Of a stretch of DNA of 64,000 nt, positions 39,826 through 52,383 are shown one piece after another. The stretch is from contig CM119271.1 in assembly GCA_051294375.1 (NCBI GenBank), forward strand, positions 15,754,770 through 15,818,769, read 5' to 3'. The position numbers and the translations under genes were made by a program. The notes beneath the pieces were generated by a model. The model was given only the letters and a program-made list of their open reading frames with translations, searched no databases and had not been told where the DNA came from. This stretch comes from Paraspadella gotoi (Eukaryota > Animalia > Chaetognatha). Each line of letters opens with the position of its first letter. Position 1 is the stretch's first letter.

Positions 39826-41792
39826 TTAGCTCAAAAAGATCAGCTCCGACTCCGAGTATCTCGAGGATATGAGATCGATGTTGCTGTTGAGGATGAGAAC
39901 CGCGACTCGCGCGTCAACCTCGAACAAGTGGCTGGAGAAGAGGCGGAGAAACTCCTCCAGCGACGGCGGCGACTCCAGCACCGCGGCGAAGAAAGAGCGG
40001 ACGAGATCGTCGCGGGTCGAAAGGAAGACGGCTGCAGCGGCGGCGTCTTCTGGCCGCAGCTCCGCCTCTTCCTCGACGTAAGCCTTGACGGCGAAATGAC
40101 TAAAAAGAGAAAAGGCCTCCCGTCGATAACCCTCGACCACCAGATGGAAGAGGGCGTTGCGAAGTTGGTGGAGAAAGACGACGGGGGTTCCTCGAGAGAC
40201 GACGATTTGATTCAAGATCACCTTAAAACGGGAAAATAAAAAAAAAACAAATACAATACAAATGTGAGTTAAATAAGGCAAAGGGATCACACACCTTAAG
40301 ATGCTCCCCGTGTCCGCATTTGACGAGAGCTAAAATGGCGCTCAGCAGCGCCTGATTGTCCACGAGCGGCAACGCCTCTTCCGCTTCGAAATTGAACGGC
40401 GCCACGTTCGGCGGCGTCAGAGCCGTCGGCGACGATGCCAAGATAACGCCGCCGTCGTCGACGGCACCGGCGTCACGCTTCTCGGTAACGATTGTCCTCA
40501 GATCGAGAGGATCCCGCGGCGACGCTCGACGAGCCGCTCGAATCGTCATCATCATTCTCAACACATCCCCTCTCTCGGCGAGACCGCAGAGGACGGCCTC
40601 GACAGTGGAGACGGTGACGGGAATCCTCGATTGGCGGAGGAGACCGAGAAGACGGGAGGCCGTCGTCTCGTCGCCCATCTTGAGATGACCGTAGACGAGC
40701 GAGTGGAGGATGTTCTCGCAAAAGAGGATTCCCTTTGATTGCATGTGATTGAGGATCGGGGCAACGGCCTCCACGCGGCCCTCTTGGCAGAAGAGAGCGA
40801 TGAAGAGTTCGAAGGTGACCCGGTTGGGCTGCACGCCGCCTCCGCCGCGGCTGTTCTTCGATCCGTTGCACTCGGACTCCATTTCCAACAAAACCTAAGG
40901 ATAACACAAATATTAGGATCGTGCTTCAAGATTAAAAAAAAAAAAGACAAAAGGAAAGAAAACGTGAAAAGATAAAAGAAAAGGAAAAGAAAGAAAAAGA
41001 AAAAAAGAAATTCATCACCTGAATCGGGGAGAAGCTCTCCTCGCTTTCGATCAAAGCCCTGAGGGCGGCGTTGTAGTGATCCACGGTGTAGACGACGCCC
41101 AACTTGGGAAGAGCCTTCCACACTTCCTCCAAGGCGTCCATCTTGGCTCCCGCTCGGTCCAACGACATTCGAGACCCAAAGAGGCCGATTAGAAATTTGG
41201 CCTGTGCCGAGCCGCATCGGCCGCGTCTCTTGAGGGCCTCGAAAAGGGCGACGACGCGTTTGAGACGCACGAAGCCGCGACGGCTCAGAGCCTCGGCCAA
41301 TTCTGTCGCGAGGTGTTCGGGGGAGAGGACGTTCTCCCGTCGTCCTTCACAAGAGGGGGAGGCATCGTTTTTAGCGGTGTCGGCGGCGGCGCCGGCTGCA
41401 GCGCCGGCCAGTGGTCGGCCGGCGTCTTCCGTAATGGCGTGGCCGATGGCGGCGAGAATGGCTCGTTGCAGCGGCGTCACGGTGGAGTCGTTAATGAAAG
41501 GAGTCGTCGACGTCGTCGTATCGATGGGCGGCGACCGCGGACGACAAGGCTGTTTCCTCACCACCTCCATAAATCCCTTTGCGGCGTCGGGGTGCGGGGT
41601 GGCGGCGGAGTTGGCGTTGGCAGAGTTGGAGGCGGGAAGTTGGCCGAAAACGGCGGCGGAGGGAAGGAAGCGCTGGTCGGCGGCGTTGACGACGGGATGG
41701 CAGCCGCAAAAGATGCGCATGAAAGGCGAAGGCGGAAGAGGAGAAGTCACGGGTTCCGACGCCGCGACCACCGGCGCCTGCGGCTCTGCCAT
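39826..41792 (-). CDS. PPR protein resembling the N-terminal part of LRPPRC, 3 exons, about 589 aa
   Basis: VWKALPKLGVVYTVDHYNAAL, FSPIQVLLEME, VQPNRVTF...FCQEG and LVYGHLKMGD follow the LRPPRC PPR series. Exons are 41792-41019, 40894-40295 and 40221-39826. Confidence 0.8.
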
Positions 41793-43890
41793 GACCGGGG
41801 CTGCGGCGGTGGCGGCGGAAGCGCGCGGATTATTATTTTATCTATTTATTTATCGAAAAAAAAAATTAAAAAATTAATGTTTCGTCATAAATATAAAAAT
41901 ATATATGTACCTATATAGAAAAACCGTTTTTGAGGATTGCAAATTCAAATAAAATGCGCTCGTTCGAAGTTAACCTTTTTTGCTGATTCTACCTACTACA
42001 TTGTGTCAAAAAAAAAAGAAAAAAAAAGAATAACTGTTGAATAGTTTAAACTAACTAAAAACAATGACGCTATTTTTTTTCTAGATATATCTCACTACAC
42101 ATAAAAAATATATAAGTAATAAAAAAGTTGCAAGGGTTAAGCGACGGGCGAATCGTCAAACTACACGCGCGCTCAAAATCTATAATCACCAAGGTTGTCA
42201 TTGCATTTTTTTTTCACTCCCATAAAAGGATTAGGGATTGCGTTAGTCCGATGATTCTGCCCGACGAAGGGTGTCCGACTGTCCGCCCACAAAAATAAAA
42301 TTACGAAATACCTCAAAAATTCAACAATAACATTCCCAAACACCAAACAAAATTTATGCAAAAATGAAGATGAATGAAAAGACAATGAAGGTCGCACATA
42401 GGAAATATTATAGACAATTATACTTTTGATTTAATAAAAATGAAATCTAAAACTAAATAATTGTTAAAATTGTTTTTATTTTTTCAAATTATTAGGGCGT
42501 TAATCGAATTCAATAGTTAAATTATTAATAATAAAAATTGTATTAATGTTATAAAAAAATTGCATTTTGATTGAGCTTTTTGGACTAGACTAGTTCCTAT
42601 ATAAATCTTGTTGAATTGAATATGCTTGTGCTTGATAAGTAAACCCTGCTGTATAGTGTATACTTTCAGTAAGTAATTTTTTAAACGAAGAAAAGTGATA
42701 TTAAGTTTAAGGCACGGAGTTCAATTTTTCAAAGATTTCGTAACAAGGTTAATTACATAATAATTTTTCAGGTGAATACTTGTATTTTTGGGGATTTTTA
42801 GCGATAACCATTGCGTTTGTTGTTCAATAACAATTTTACATTTCGTGTAATATTAATTCCAAGAAGTGAGAAGGATAACTGCCTCTTTTATACCATCCTT
42901 TTTTTTTTAAATAAACGGTCGGTTTACATCAATGCATTGACTTGTAAAAACTTTTTTTAAAAAGGCAAATCTTTTCGACTGTGAAAACTACAATCATAGA
43001 TACGTTACGGTGTTGTAAATGAGTTTTATTTACAGAATTTTTGCATATCAAGAAGCTTGTGTTAATAACAATCGCTTTCAATGACTAAGGCATACCGAAA
43101 GCTCTATTCCCGCTGGCTTAATGAGGTTTCGTCACCATTCTATTTTTGATTTTAATCTCAAGATTAATAATAACATGGGATTGCCTCTTTCAGTACCTCC
43201 AAGTAGATTAGCTTTTTAATCCCGAATAAATAATGAAAGAATCGGGGTCCCTTATCTACGACGAAGGCTTTGATTAAAGTTTGGGTTTAAAAAATAAATT
43301 ATATTTTCTGACACAGAATCAAAAAAAGGCTCGAGAGAGGAAACGCATTTTTTGGACTTTGATTAGAGAAACGAGACTGTCGATGATAAAATCAAAATCA
43401 TTTTACGTCTCCGTCATCACTTTCACCATCGGCTTCAATTCTTTAGTTTCTACTTAGGTTTTTTTCCTCCCGACACTGACAGGCTCAAGCTCTCTCGATC
43501 GCTCGATCTCCGCTAAATTGCACAGAGTAAATTCAAATTCTTTTACCAAAAAAAAAAAACAAAACTTTTTCTCGTTTGAGTATTCGAGATTTTGTTGTTT
43601 CTTAAAATGAGTTTTTTCTTCTTTAATTTTTTAAAAAAAAAGCACAATCGAGGATTAAAAAGCATGAAATTTTTTTTTTTTTTTTTTGACGCAGAAATCA
43701 ACAATAATCAAACGTTTATGACAAATTGGGGTTTTTGTTGTTGTCGTCGTTTTTTATTTGTTTCGATCGGGATTTAATACTTATGATGATAAAAAAAAGC
43801 GAATATATAAAAGCGCAAAAAGCGTTAAGTCTTCTCTCTTCTCTGGCTCTCCAAAAAAAGCGTCTCTTGTTGCTAAGGCCACTGCATGTT

Positions 43891-46800
43891 CTATTCTTTG
43901 TCCTCCGGAGCTTCTGTCGGCGGACTGGGTGCCTTCGGCGCCGGAACCGGAGAAGGCGCCGTGGATCGAGAGGGCGTGGGGATCGGAGACGCCGCTGAAG
44001 TCCGATCGGGGGTTGGGGACGGCGCCGAGTTATGGGTCGGCGTCGCGGCGGTCGAGGTCGTCGAAGTCCGGCTCGGCGACGCCGCGGGCGAAGGCACTGC
44101 GTTCCTGAGCGACGACGACGCCGTGGGGGAAGGCGCCGAGTTCCGATTGGGCGCCGCGGCGACGCGAGGCGAAACCGCCGGCGTCGTCGGGTGACTACGA
44201 GGTCCATCGATGGACTCGTCACCGTCGGGGGGGCGGAGTTCGGGGGGGCGGAGTTCGAGGGAGACGGCGACGGAGGATCGATGAGCGATCGCGAAATCGG
44301 AGGCGTCGATGGCGCCGTAGTTGGTGACGCCTGGAAAATTGAAGGCCCGAACCCTCGGGGTCACTGCGCCGTTCAAAAAGGTGATTGGTTCTTCATAAAT
44401 TATCAGAATGAACTTATATCGCGAGTCTCAAATTGATTGATGATATTTATGTATGAAATTGGTAAAACCAATATAAAATTATCCACTCTTTTAATAAATA
44501 AGCTATCTTGCCCCCGACTTTAGACAGGCTTCGATGGTTTAAGGCCTCCATCACTTTTACAAGATAATGACATAGCAGGACACTGCAAACTTTCAATCAA
44601 GGCTCTCACACAGTCTCGTTTATTCACTCCCAGAGCACCTGGCTTTGCTATTAATGACGTGGTATAATATTTGAATGTTTCAAGTGTGCATATGAGAATT
44701 AACAATTAAGAATTATGATTGATATTTTTTTTTTTTTCTGAAAGAAAACAGAGCAAACATATAATTGCGGGAATTGATAAATTAGTTGAGTACGAAGCTT
44801 GGCCCAATGTAAGGCGATTTACCGGCAAAGGAGGGTGTGGTGGGTAAAGAGCTTGTAGCGCTGGTGGGCTGCGTGGGCGTGGGCGAGGGCGCGGTGTGCG
44901 GGAATCCGGTTCCCGTCCAACGCTTCCGCCCCGCTTCCTCCAACAGGTCGTCCTCGTCTCGTTCGTCGAAGTCGAGACTCGAAGCCACGGAAAGTTTGGG
45001 GACTCGACTGGATCTTTGGAGAGGAAAGGGAGGGAGGGAGGAGAGAGATAGGGAAAGAGACAGAGAGAGAGCAAGGAAAGGAGGGAAATTGGAAAGAAAA
45101 TAAAAAACGTAATGAGAAAATTGTACAAATTCTCAAGGCAGCTTTTGATTCCAGATGTAACCCTTGAAAAAAAAAAACCGGGTTAGAGTAAAAATTGGAC
45201 GTATGCGTCAATTGAGATAAATATTATCCACATGCCGTAAAAAAAAAATATAAAAGGAATAAAAAATGGGAACTTGGAACCGATGGAACTCGATTGGTTG
45301 ATGGCTTCATGCTTCCGAAGGACTTATTATCTTCATGTGTCGCCATTCGGTTCCAATTTAATAAAAATATGGCGCCGATCCGATGGGAACGAAACGTTAA
45401 TATCGTTAGCCGCGATTGAGTTTGTATTTTTTAAGTACCTAAACGCATTCTCGGTCGGAAATGGAAAAGTCCATAAACGGGCTCTCACGATCGTCGAAGT
45501 ACTATTTTTAGAAAATGTAAGTAGAATAAAAATCAACGATGAAAATAGAACTGGTTGAAAGAGGAATAATAATGAAAAGGAAGAAAAATAAGAAAAGGAT
45601 TTCTTACTTTTTCTTGTCTTGCACCCTGAGCACAGAAAAGGTAATGGAAACATTAGTACATGGAGACGACTAAAAAGACGAGGCCTACCTCTGAGACTAT
45701 AGGAGACCGACTCACCTTTGAGACACTGTGGAGACGGACGTCTGCCGCGGGAACGAAGACCGGTCAGGAAAGGTGGAGCTGGTGGACAAAGTTCGCCCCC
45801 CAGGGTTCGATGACGGGAGAGAGTCCAACTCGCGAGCCACCAGAGACGTCCTGTGGAAAAAAAAAAGAGAAATAAGAAACTGGAAAGGAAAAGAGAGAGA
45901 AACGCCTTGGGCTGTAAAGGTTAAAATCGTATATCGGTAGCATCTATTTCATACCATAAATCGTTTTTATCATCTAGATGTAGGGTAGAGAACTAACCCG
46001 CTTTGTTATAATTCTTTAATAGCCAAACTTGGAAGAAATCAAAATGCAAAGTCGATCTTAATGATAAAACAAACAATAACGCGTTAGTACAAAAAAAGAT
46101 TTCATTGGGACCGTACGACAATCATTTTATCCTTGGATTCAGCAACAAGCAAAAGCGGAACAAATTTCAGGGCAACTGAGCCAAGATAGCAGAGTGCACA
46201 CTGAACAATTAAAACTATTACAACCCGATTAGTTAACCGCCAAAGTTTCCATTAAAGCGCCAATAGACTCACCGTCTGTTTTTGATTGAAAAAAAAAAGA
46301 AAAGAAAATTAGTTTATTTTTAACAATAGTTATATATTTTACAAACGAATCCTTCAATCACCCAACCAACCTGGATCCGATGGACACAACAGAGTCGAGC
46401 CTGTCCAGCGTTCGCCTCCGAACCGCGGCGTCGGTGGAGAAGGGGCTGGAAGCTTCGGAGACTGTCTCCAGAGAGTCGTTGAGGGCGGCCAACTCGGTCG
46501 TCGCGGCCGTCGACGCGTTTCGGGGCACGAAGACGAAGCCGCCCTCGGGACCAAAGTCGTCGTCGTCTTCGTCGTCGTCGTCCTCGTCGACGTCGCCGCC
46601 GCTGGCGAGGTCGGGATCTTCCATGATGGTGCTGTTGTCGTTGACCGATTGGCGCTGGAACCGCTGAGTCCAGCGCTTGTATTTGTTATGGGTGTTGTTG
46701 TCGAACCAACCCCAGCTGAAGGTTGAGGGAGAATTTAGAGCTAATAATAACCAATTTTATTAAAAGGAAAAGAGAAGGCAACCCCCACCTAATCCATCCC

Positions 46801-49800
46801 ATAAAGATGACGAGCGAAAGTCCGAGAGAGACGGCGGAAAAGATCGTCAACGGATTGATCCACTTCGATCGCCAAAGTTGAAAGAAGAGCAAATTGCACT
46901 GAGTGAAGATGACGGCCATGAGCATGAAGTTGGTCGCCGTCACGTGCAGTTCCTTCTTCACGATCGCAGGATCGTAGGCGAAGTAGATGTTGTGTCGATC
47001 CACGGCGTGTTTGAAGACGGCGTAGACGAGGCCTTGAAAGAGAGAGAGTGTCATGCTATCGTTCCAAAGAGAGGCCGACTCTCCATCAATTTACCGAGAG
47101 GCGTGACCAAGGGACACGAGATGGAATAGGCCATCGTGATGGAAAAGATACAAAGGAACCATGCGTAGTGATTCCCGTAGTCGTACGAGTAAGGCTGATT
47201 CTTCTTGACGGTGGCGCGCTCGGCGGCCGACCTGGCGGACAGCAGGCGCATGCTGTACATGAAGAGCTCGGGGAGGCGGACGAGCTCCATGCCGGTGCCG
47301 ACGAAGGCGGCCGTCGTCACGTAGTTGACGAAGAAGGCGCCGTTATGGGGGAGGAAGATGCAGTTCCATCTTTTTGGGAGAGAAAGTAAAAAGGGTTTGA
47401 GAAATATTTTAAATAAGTAGTAGAAGACAATATTGCGTCAAAACTGCGATTGAGTCGGAAAATTAGTTAAAGAACATTAATTTCAACTATCATTTATTCA
47501 TTTTAAAATCCCGAACCTGTGCCGCAACTTTTCTTCGGTGTTGTCCTCGAAAAAGAACTGCGCCGCCGCCTCGAATGAGGTCAGCGAAATTGAAGGCAGA
47601 AACAACAGCATCGTCAGAAGGAAAATGTATGACCTGAAAAAAATACATCCAAATTAATATTTAAATATTTAAATATAAATGAATAGTTTATGCTTAACCG
47701 TTTTCCCCTCCTAATTCGGACCTGAGCATGACGGAATGATTGAAGACCGACTTGGTCCAGTGGCCCTCGAACCAGCCAACGTAATAGATAAGCACGGGCA
47801 GTAGCACCGCGAAGAGCCAGAGCAACCAGGTCGGCAGAAATTGCGAAAGCAACGGCCCGATGCTGGGCAGACCGTTGAGGATCTCGTTGAACTTCCAAGA
47901 GTCCATGAGGGTGACGATGGTCGCCGGCGTCGAAGCGAACGTCATCACCGTCACCTGACGGACGAAAAGAGGATCGATGTTTCAACTGTTTCTTGTTAAC
48001 TGTTTATCATCTTCATCTTTAACTTTGGATTTAATATTAAAATAAACTTAATGTTTATCTTCTAATTCAGGACATGGAAGAAGCCACTATTTTTATTTCG
48101 TAAATATCCCAACCTTTTTCTCCTAATATTTTTTCTACTAACTTTTTTCCTTTTTTACTTTGATGAAGACGGATGCGTGAAGAGGAAACTCCAAAGACAG
48201 TAACATGTTTATTTATTTATATTCATGGTTTATTCTTACTTGATTCATTACTTGTTTCCCTTTCAGTTGAGAGAGCATCGTGTTTATCATAAGAAAGTAT
48301 GTGTTCGAGAGTGTGTCTAATTACCAGTGGGCGTCCCACGTTCTCTTGTCATTCATAATCAGAGATCCTAAACTGTGGGCTTCATTGTGGTCGACCGTGC
48401 CGCCCGCCCGCCGGCATCGCCCACATAAATCCCCCTCTAACAGTTGTGGCTGGGACAACGTTCTATTAGTACAACTTTCTTTCCATCCTTCCTTTAATTA
48501 CTTTCTAACTTTCTTCCACCCCAACTTATTTTTCCTTCCTAACTCTTTTTCTTTTTTAACTTTCTTTTCTCTGAACAATCTCTCTCTTAACTCCTACTCA
48601 CCGCCGTCACGTTGAGGAGAAAGCATCGCACCCACCAAACGACGGGCGACGTGGCCAAATTCTCCCAGCAGATGTTGTTGGGAGATGGGGCGACCTGCAC
48701 CTTCCACTCGGCCACGCCCAAAGCGTCGGCGACTGAGCTGTCGGCCTTGGGGTTATTCTTCCAAAACATGGTCTTCATCTTGGCGTACTCGTAGAGTACC
48801 TTGACCATGGAGCGCTTCCGCTTGAAGGTTATAAAGGCCATGCCGAGGTTCTTTCGGTCGAAGGCCACTTGACGTTCCTCGTCGTAGGCCTTTTCAAGTC
48901 GGCGAATCTCGTCCTCGTAGTAGCGGAGCGCGTCCACCTTTTTAGGAAGACCATGATTTAATAATTAAATAAAAACAAGACTTTTTTGAAGAAATAAAAT
49001 ATGAACCTACTTACTTGGGTGCAGAGGCAGGGACAGCAGCAGCCGAAACGGTCACCGCAGCAGTAAGGACGGACGAGGGGGCGTTCGGCGGAGCCGTCGA
49101 AGGCCGACTTGTAGACGAGAAGGGCGTCGATGGCGCGCTCTCGCTCGTAGTCAAGTTGGATGAGGCGGCCAATGTCATGGGCGACCTAAATAGAATTATT
49201 ATAAGATTTACGGGGACGGCCGTGCATCTGTCTATCTTTAGCATCTGTCTCGCAATCGCCACCTGCACGTCGAGGATCTCCTCGTCGGGGAAAGTCTCCG
49301 AGAAATGCTGGAGCAAATTGGTGCGAAGGCAACTCTCGGGACGAACGTTGTAAATCATGACGGTCTTCTTGGAGTGCTCCGCTTCCTCGTCCGACTCCTC
49401 TAGTAGGAGCATGTAGTTCTTCATGAAGATTACTGCCATACCCAGAAAGCAGATGCCGAGCCAGGCGTGAATCTGCAGTTTTTAATTATTAATAAATAAC
49501 AATGCCGGATACACGATTTACTTTCTATGTATATTTTTAAACACGATGTCATTTAACTGAATCATCGTTTACCATAATCTAATGAAAAGTTAGGTTTTAA
49601 TCATAAAAGCCTCGAATTTATTTGTTTACTAAATATATAATTATGTATCCTTTGCATGTGATTTGGTTAAATCTGGAGTCAAATGTCCGACCCAATGAAC
49701 GTCTACTGACCCACGTAAAGGCGGAGTCCGGCGCCAAATTGCTGATGGTGGTCTTGCCGAAATCTTCGGCGCTCGTCTTCAAATTTCCGTGGATGTTGAG

Positions 49801-50700
49801 CGGGAGGACGACGGAGCAACTCAAGAGGGTGACGATGGCGAGGTACATGATGCAATACCGCTGGAAGTTGAGATAATTGACCGAGTCCTGACCCGAAACT
49901 TCCCTATAGTCCTTGTCCTTCAGTTTAAAGATGGGCGGGACCCACCCGAGGAACCCGCGGGGATTGGAGAAGCTGAAGTTGCCCGCCTGCAGCTGCCCGT
50001 CGCCCCGCAGCAGAGTCGCTGCCGACGGCGTCGCGTTGGTCGTCGTCGGCGGCATACGGATCTTCACGTCGGTGGCGTCGGTTCCGTCGGCGTCCTGCGC
50101 CGTCGAAGCGAAGACACCGTTGACCATCCCGTTGAGAGCGGCGCCGCCACCGGGCGAAGACGGCGTCGTCGGCAAGGAGGAGTGACCCCCGGCCTGCGAG
50201 GATCGATGATGTCGCGGCGATCCAGGCGCCACGGAGAAACGGCGCTCGGGATCGAAGAAGAGCGAGACCCAGACGTTGTAGCCCATGGAACGCTGGACGT
50301 CTTCGAACCCGTCGTCGTTGTCCTCGTTGCCCAGGAGCTCCTCCCCGCGGGACTGGTTGCTCGTCCGCTTGGAGATGCGCTTGAGCAAGGCGAGGTGACC
50401 GTGATTCCAGGCCTTTCGTCGCAGGCAGCTGAAGATGAAGAGCAGCATGAGCCACCCGACGAGGTTGAGGGCCACATTTTGAGGGATTTGCTCGTAGCCC
50501 CAATTGACGAAGCGGATCTTGTCTTTGCCGCGAAAGGAACAGAGTTCGCTGATGTTGAGGTCGACGTCGGGAGAGATGGTGGTGAGGTTGGGGTAGTAGT
50601 CGGTGGTGGACGGAGCGTGGGAGGATAGCAGAGTATTGTTGTCGTTGTCGTCGTAGAGATAAGGATTAATTTTTCTCTTTTTCGTGAAGTATGTGCCCAT
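43891..50700 (-). CDS. TMEM63: TMEM63/CSC1/OSCA-family mechanosensitive channel with a long Ser/Pro-rich C-tail
   Basis: DSVNYLNFQR, FGKTTISNL, GMAFITF, APSPNNICWENL, FLPHNGAFFVNYV and KHAVDRHNIYF. A phase-2 donor near 46370 continues in frame into exons at about 45853-45716, 45162-45127, 45013-44823 and 44331-43891. Confidence 0.92.
44451..44680 (-). mobile_element. Dispersed repeat family B, copy 2, in a TMEM63 intron
   Basis: Homologous to 30130-30322. Confidence 0.7.
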
Positions 50701-50806
50701 TTTTATTTACCCCATGGCCCTCTCAACTAGTCCCTCCTGGAAAAATAAAAATTCAACGAAAGACATCAACGAGGGAAGATGCAAAAAAAAAAAAAAATAG
50801 ACAAAG

Positions 50807-50911
50807 AGATTGCGTTACATTCAATGTATGCTCTAAACTAAGATTGCGGTACATTCAATGTATGCTCTAAACTAAGATTGCGGTACATTCAATGTATTGC
50901 TCTAAACTAAG
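50807..50911. repeat. 34-bp tandem repeat x3 in the AK6-TMEM63 gap
   Basis: Unit AGATTGCGGTACATTCAATGTATGCTCTAAACTA, with internal palindrome TACATT-C-AATGTA. Confidence 0.92.
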
Positions 50912-50986
50912 AACGTCTATAATTTTTTTTTGAATCGACCACTTTGAAGAACGACTAAAACCATCAACAACAAGAAACGAAACTCG

Positions 50987-51325
50987 TCAGCTTCTTTCCC
51001 AAGATTGAATCCACTCGACGATCCTTTCCAAGTTCGACTCGAGTTCTTCGACGGTGTCGGAGCGGAGCTCGTTGACGATCTCTTCGGCGTAAGCGTCTCT
51101 CGCCTCGTCGAGGATGGTCTGGAAGATCTCACACTGGAGGTTGTTCTCCATTTTCTTTTGGTTGTAGTTTCTTTGATGGAGGCGGTCGTAGAGGACGGTG
51201 TTGTCGGTGCGGAGGACGAAGACGACGTCGAACCATCTTGGGGGAAATTATAGTAGGAATTTTAAATTTGTATATTGCCGCAATTTTCATTCTTGATCTA
51301 TGGAACCCAGAGGAGAAAGATATAA

Positions 51326-51369
<44 letters not shown>

Positions 51370-51757
51370 TTGATGAATTAGAGCGAGAGAGAGAGAGAGT
51401 ACCTCTCGGGAAAGAAGTCGCATCCGTGATAATCGACGACGACGCCTCCGTCGGCCAGAATATCCTCCATCTCATCGAGGATTTTCTCTTCGTCCAAAAT
51501 TGGACACTCGAACTCCGCGTCGAATCCTTCGAAGAGTTCTTTCTCATTCGCCAACTCTCCCACGTTGAGACGCTGCGAAAATTTGAAAAATTTAATTATT
51601 AATTATTAAATCTGTTATTTATAGATCGATCAACGACCCGATATTTAACCTTGAGATTAGCGCGCGTCGCCAACTCGTTCGCCAGCGTCGTCTTCCCTGT
51701 ACCGGGAGTTCCAGTTATTAGGATGTTGGGACGAGTTCTAGTTTCGTTCGACGTCAT
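50987..51757 (-). CDS. AK6: Adenylate kinase 6 (CINAP/Fap7), 3 exons
   Basis: PNILITGTPGTGKTT P-loop, [42 protein letters not shown]. Confidence 0.95.
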
Positions 51758-52383
51758 AGTTTCGAAATGAGTCTTTTTCCCACTGTACTGATATAACCTA
51801 AAAAAAGTCGCACGGCTTTAAAATTTTTATATATCTCGGAATCTCGAGAACAAAAAGGCAATTGTTAGGACACAGAAACAAGCTATTCTTTTTTTTTTTC
51901 GATGAAGAAAAATAAAATTGACGACTAAAGATGAAAATTGAAATTGGAGTAAAAGATTTGAAACGAATGAAGAAAGAATCTAAGGGCGAACCCACGACGA
52001 AGTCACTCAAGCATTGAAACGGCGACGAGGGGAGTTTAAACGCGTGTTCCGTCGGATGAGACAAGATTAAAATAAAAGATTAAATGAGGATTTCTTTTTA
52101 TCGATGGCACATTTGCTTCTTTTTTTTTCCAAAAATCATTGTAGAGTTCCGGGTAACCGGTGAAAATGTTAACAGCATGTATATTTTACATACCGGATTT
52201 ATCATTATCAAAATACTGCTCTTCCCGAAAAAAAAAAAAAAGGAAACTGGAAAATTCTTCGCGAGAAGAAAGAAAGAACATTGGGGATGACGAAAAAAAA
52301 AAGAAGATAAGAATAAATCACAATTGAGTCTCCGATTAGTTTTTGAAATCTTTGTAGTTTTATGTCTCCGATCATCATCATCA

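Noticed and set aside
42270-42345. Possible SL RNA gene (TTTTTGAG|GTA followed by a U-rich Sm-like site)
   Set aside because: Single copy, no convincing stem-loops, and a poor Sm consensus.
42597-42870. Possible plus-strand spliced transcript (TATATAAA at about 42598, GTAAGT 42669, TTTTCAG 42771)
   Set aside because: No ATG-initiated frame spans the junction, and such motifs arise easily by chance in AT-rich DNA.
50807-50911. CRISPR-like palindromic 34-bp repeats
   Set aside because: The units are directly adjacent with no unique spacers, there are no cas genes, and the context is eukaryotic.
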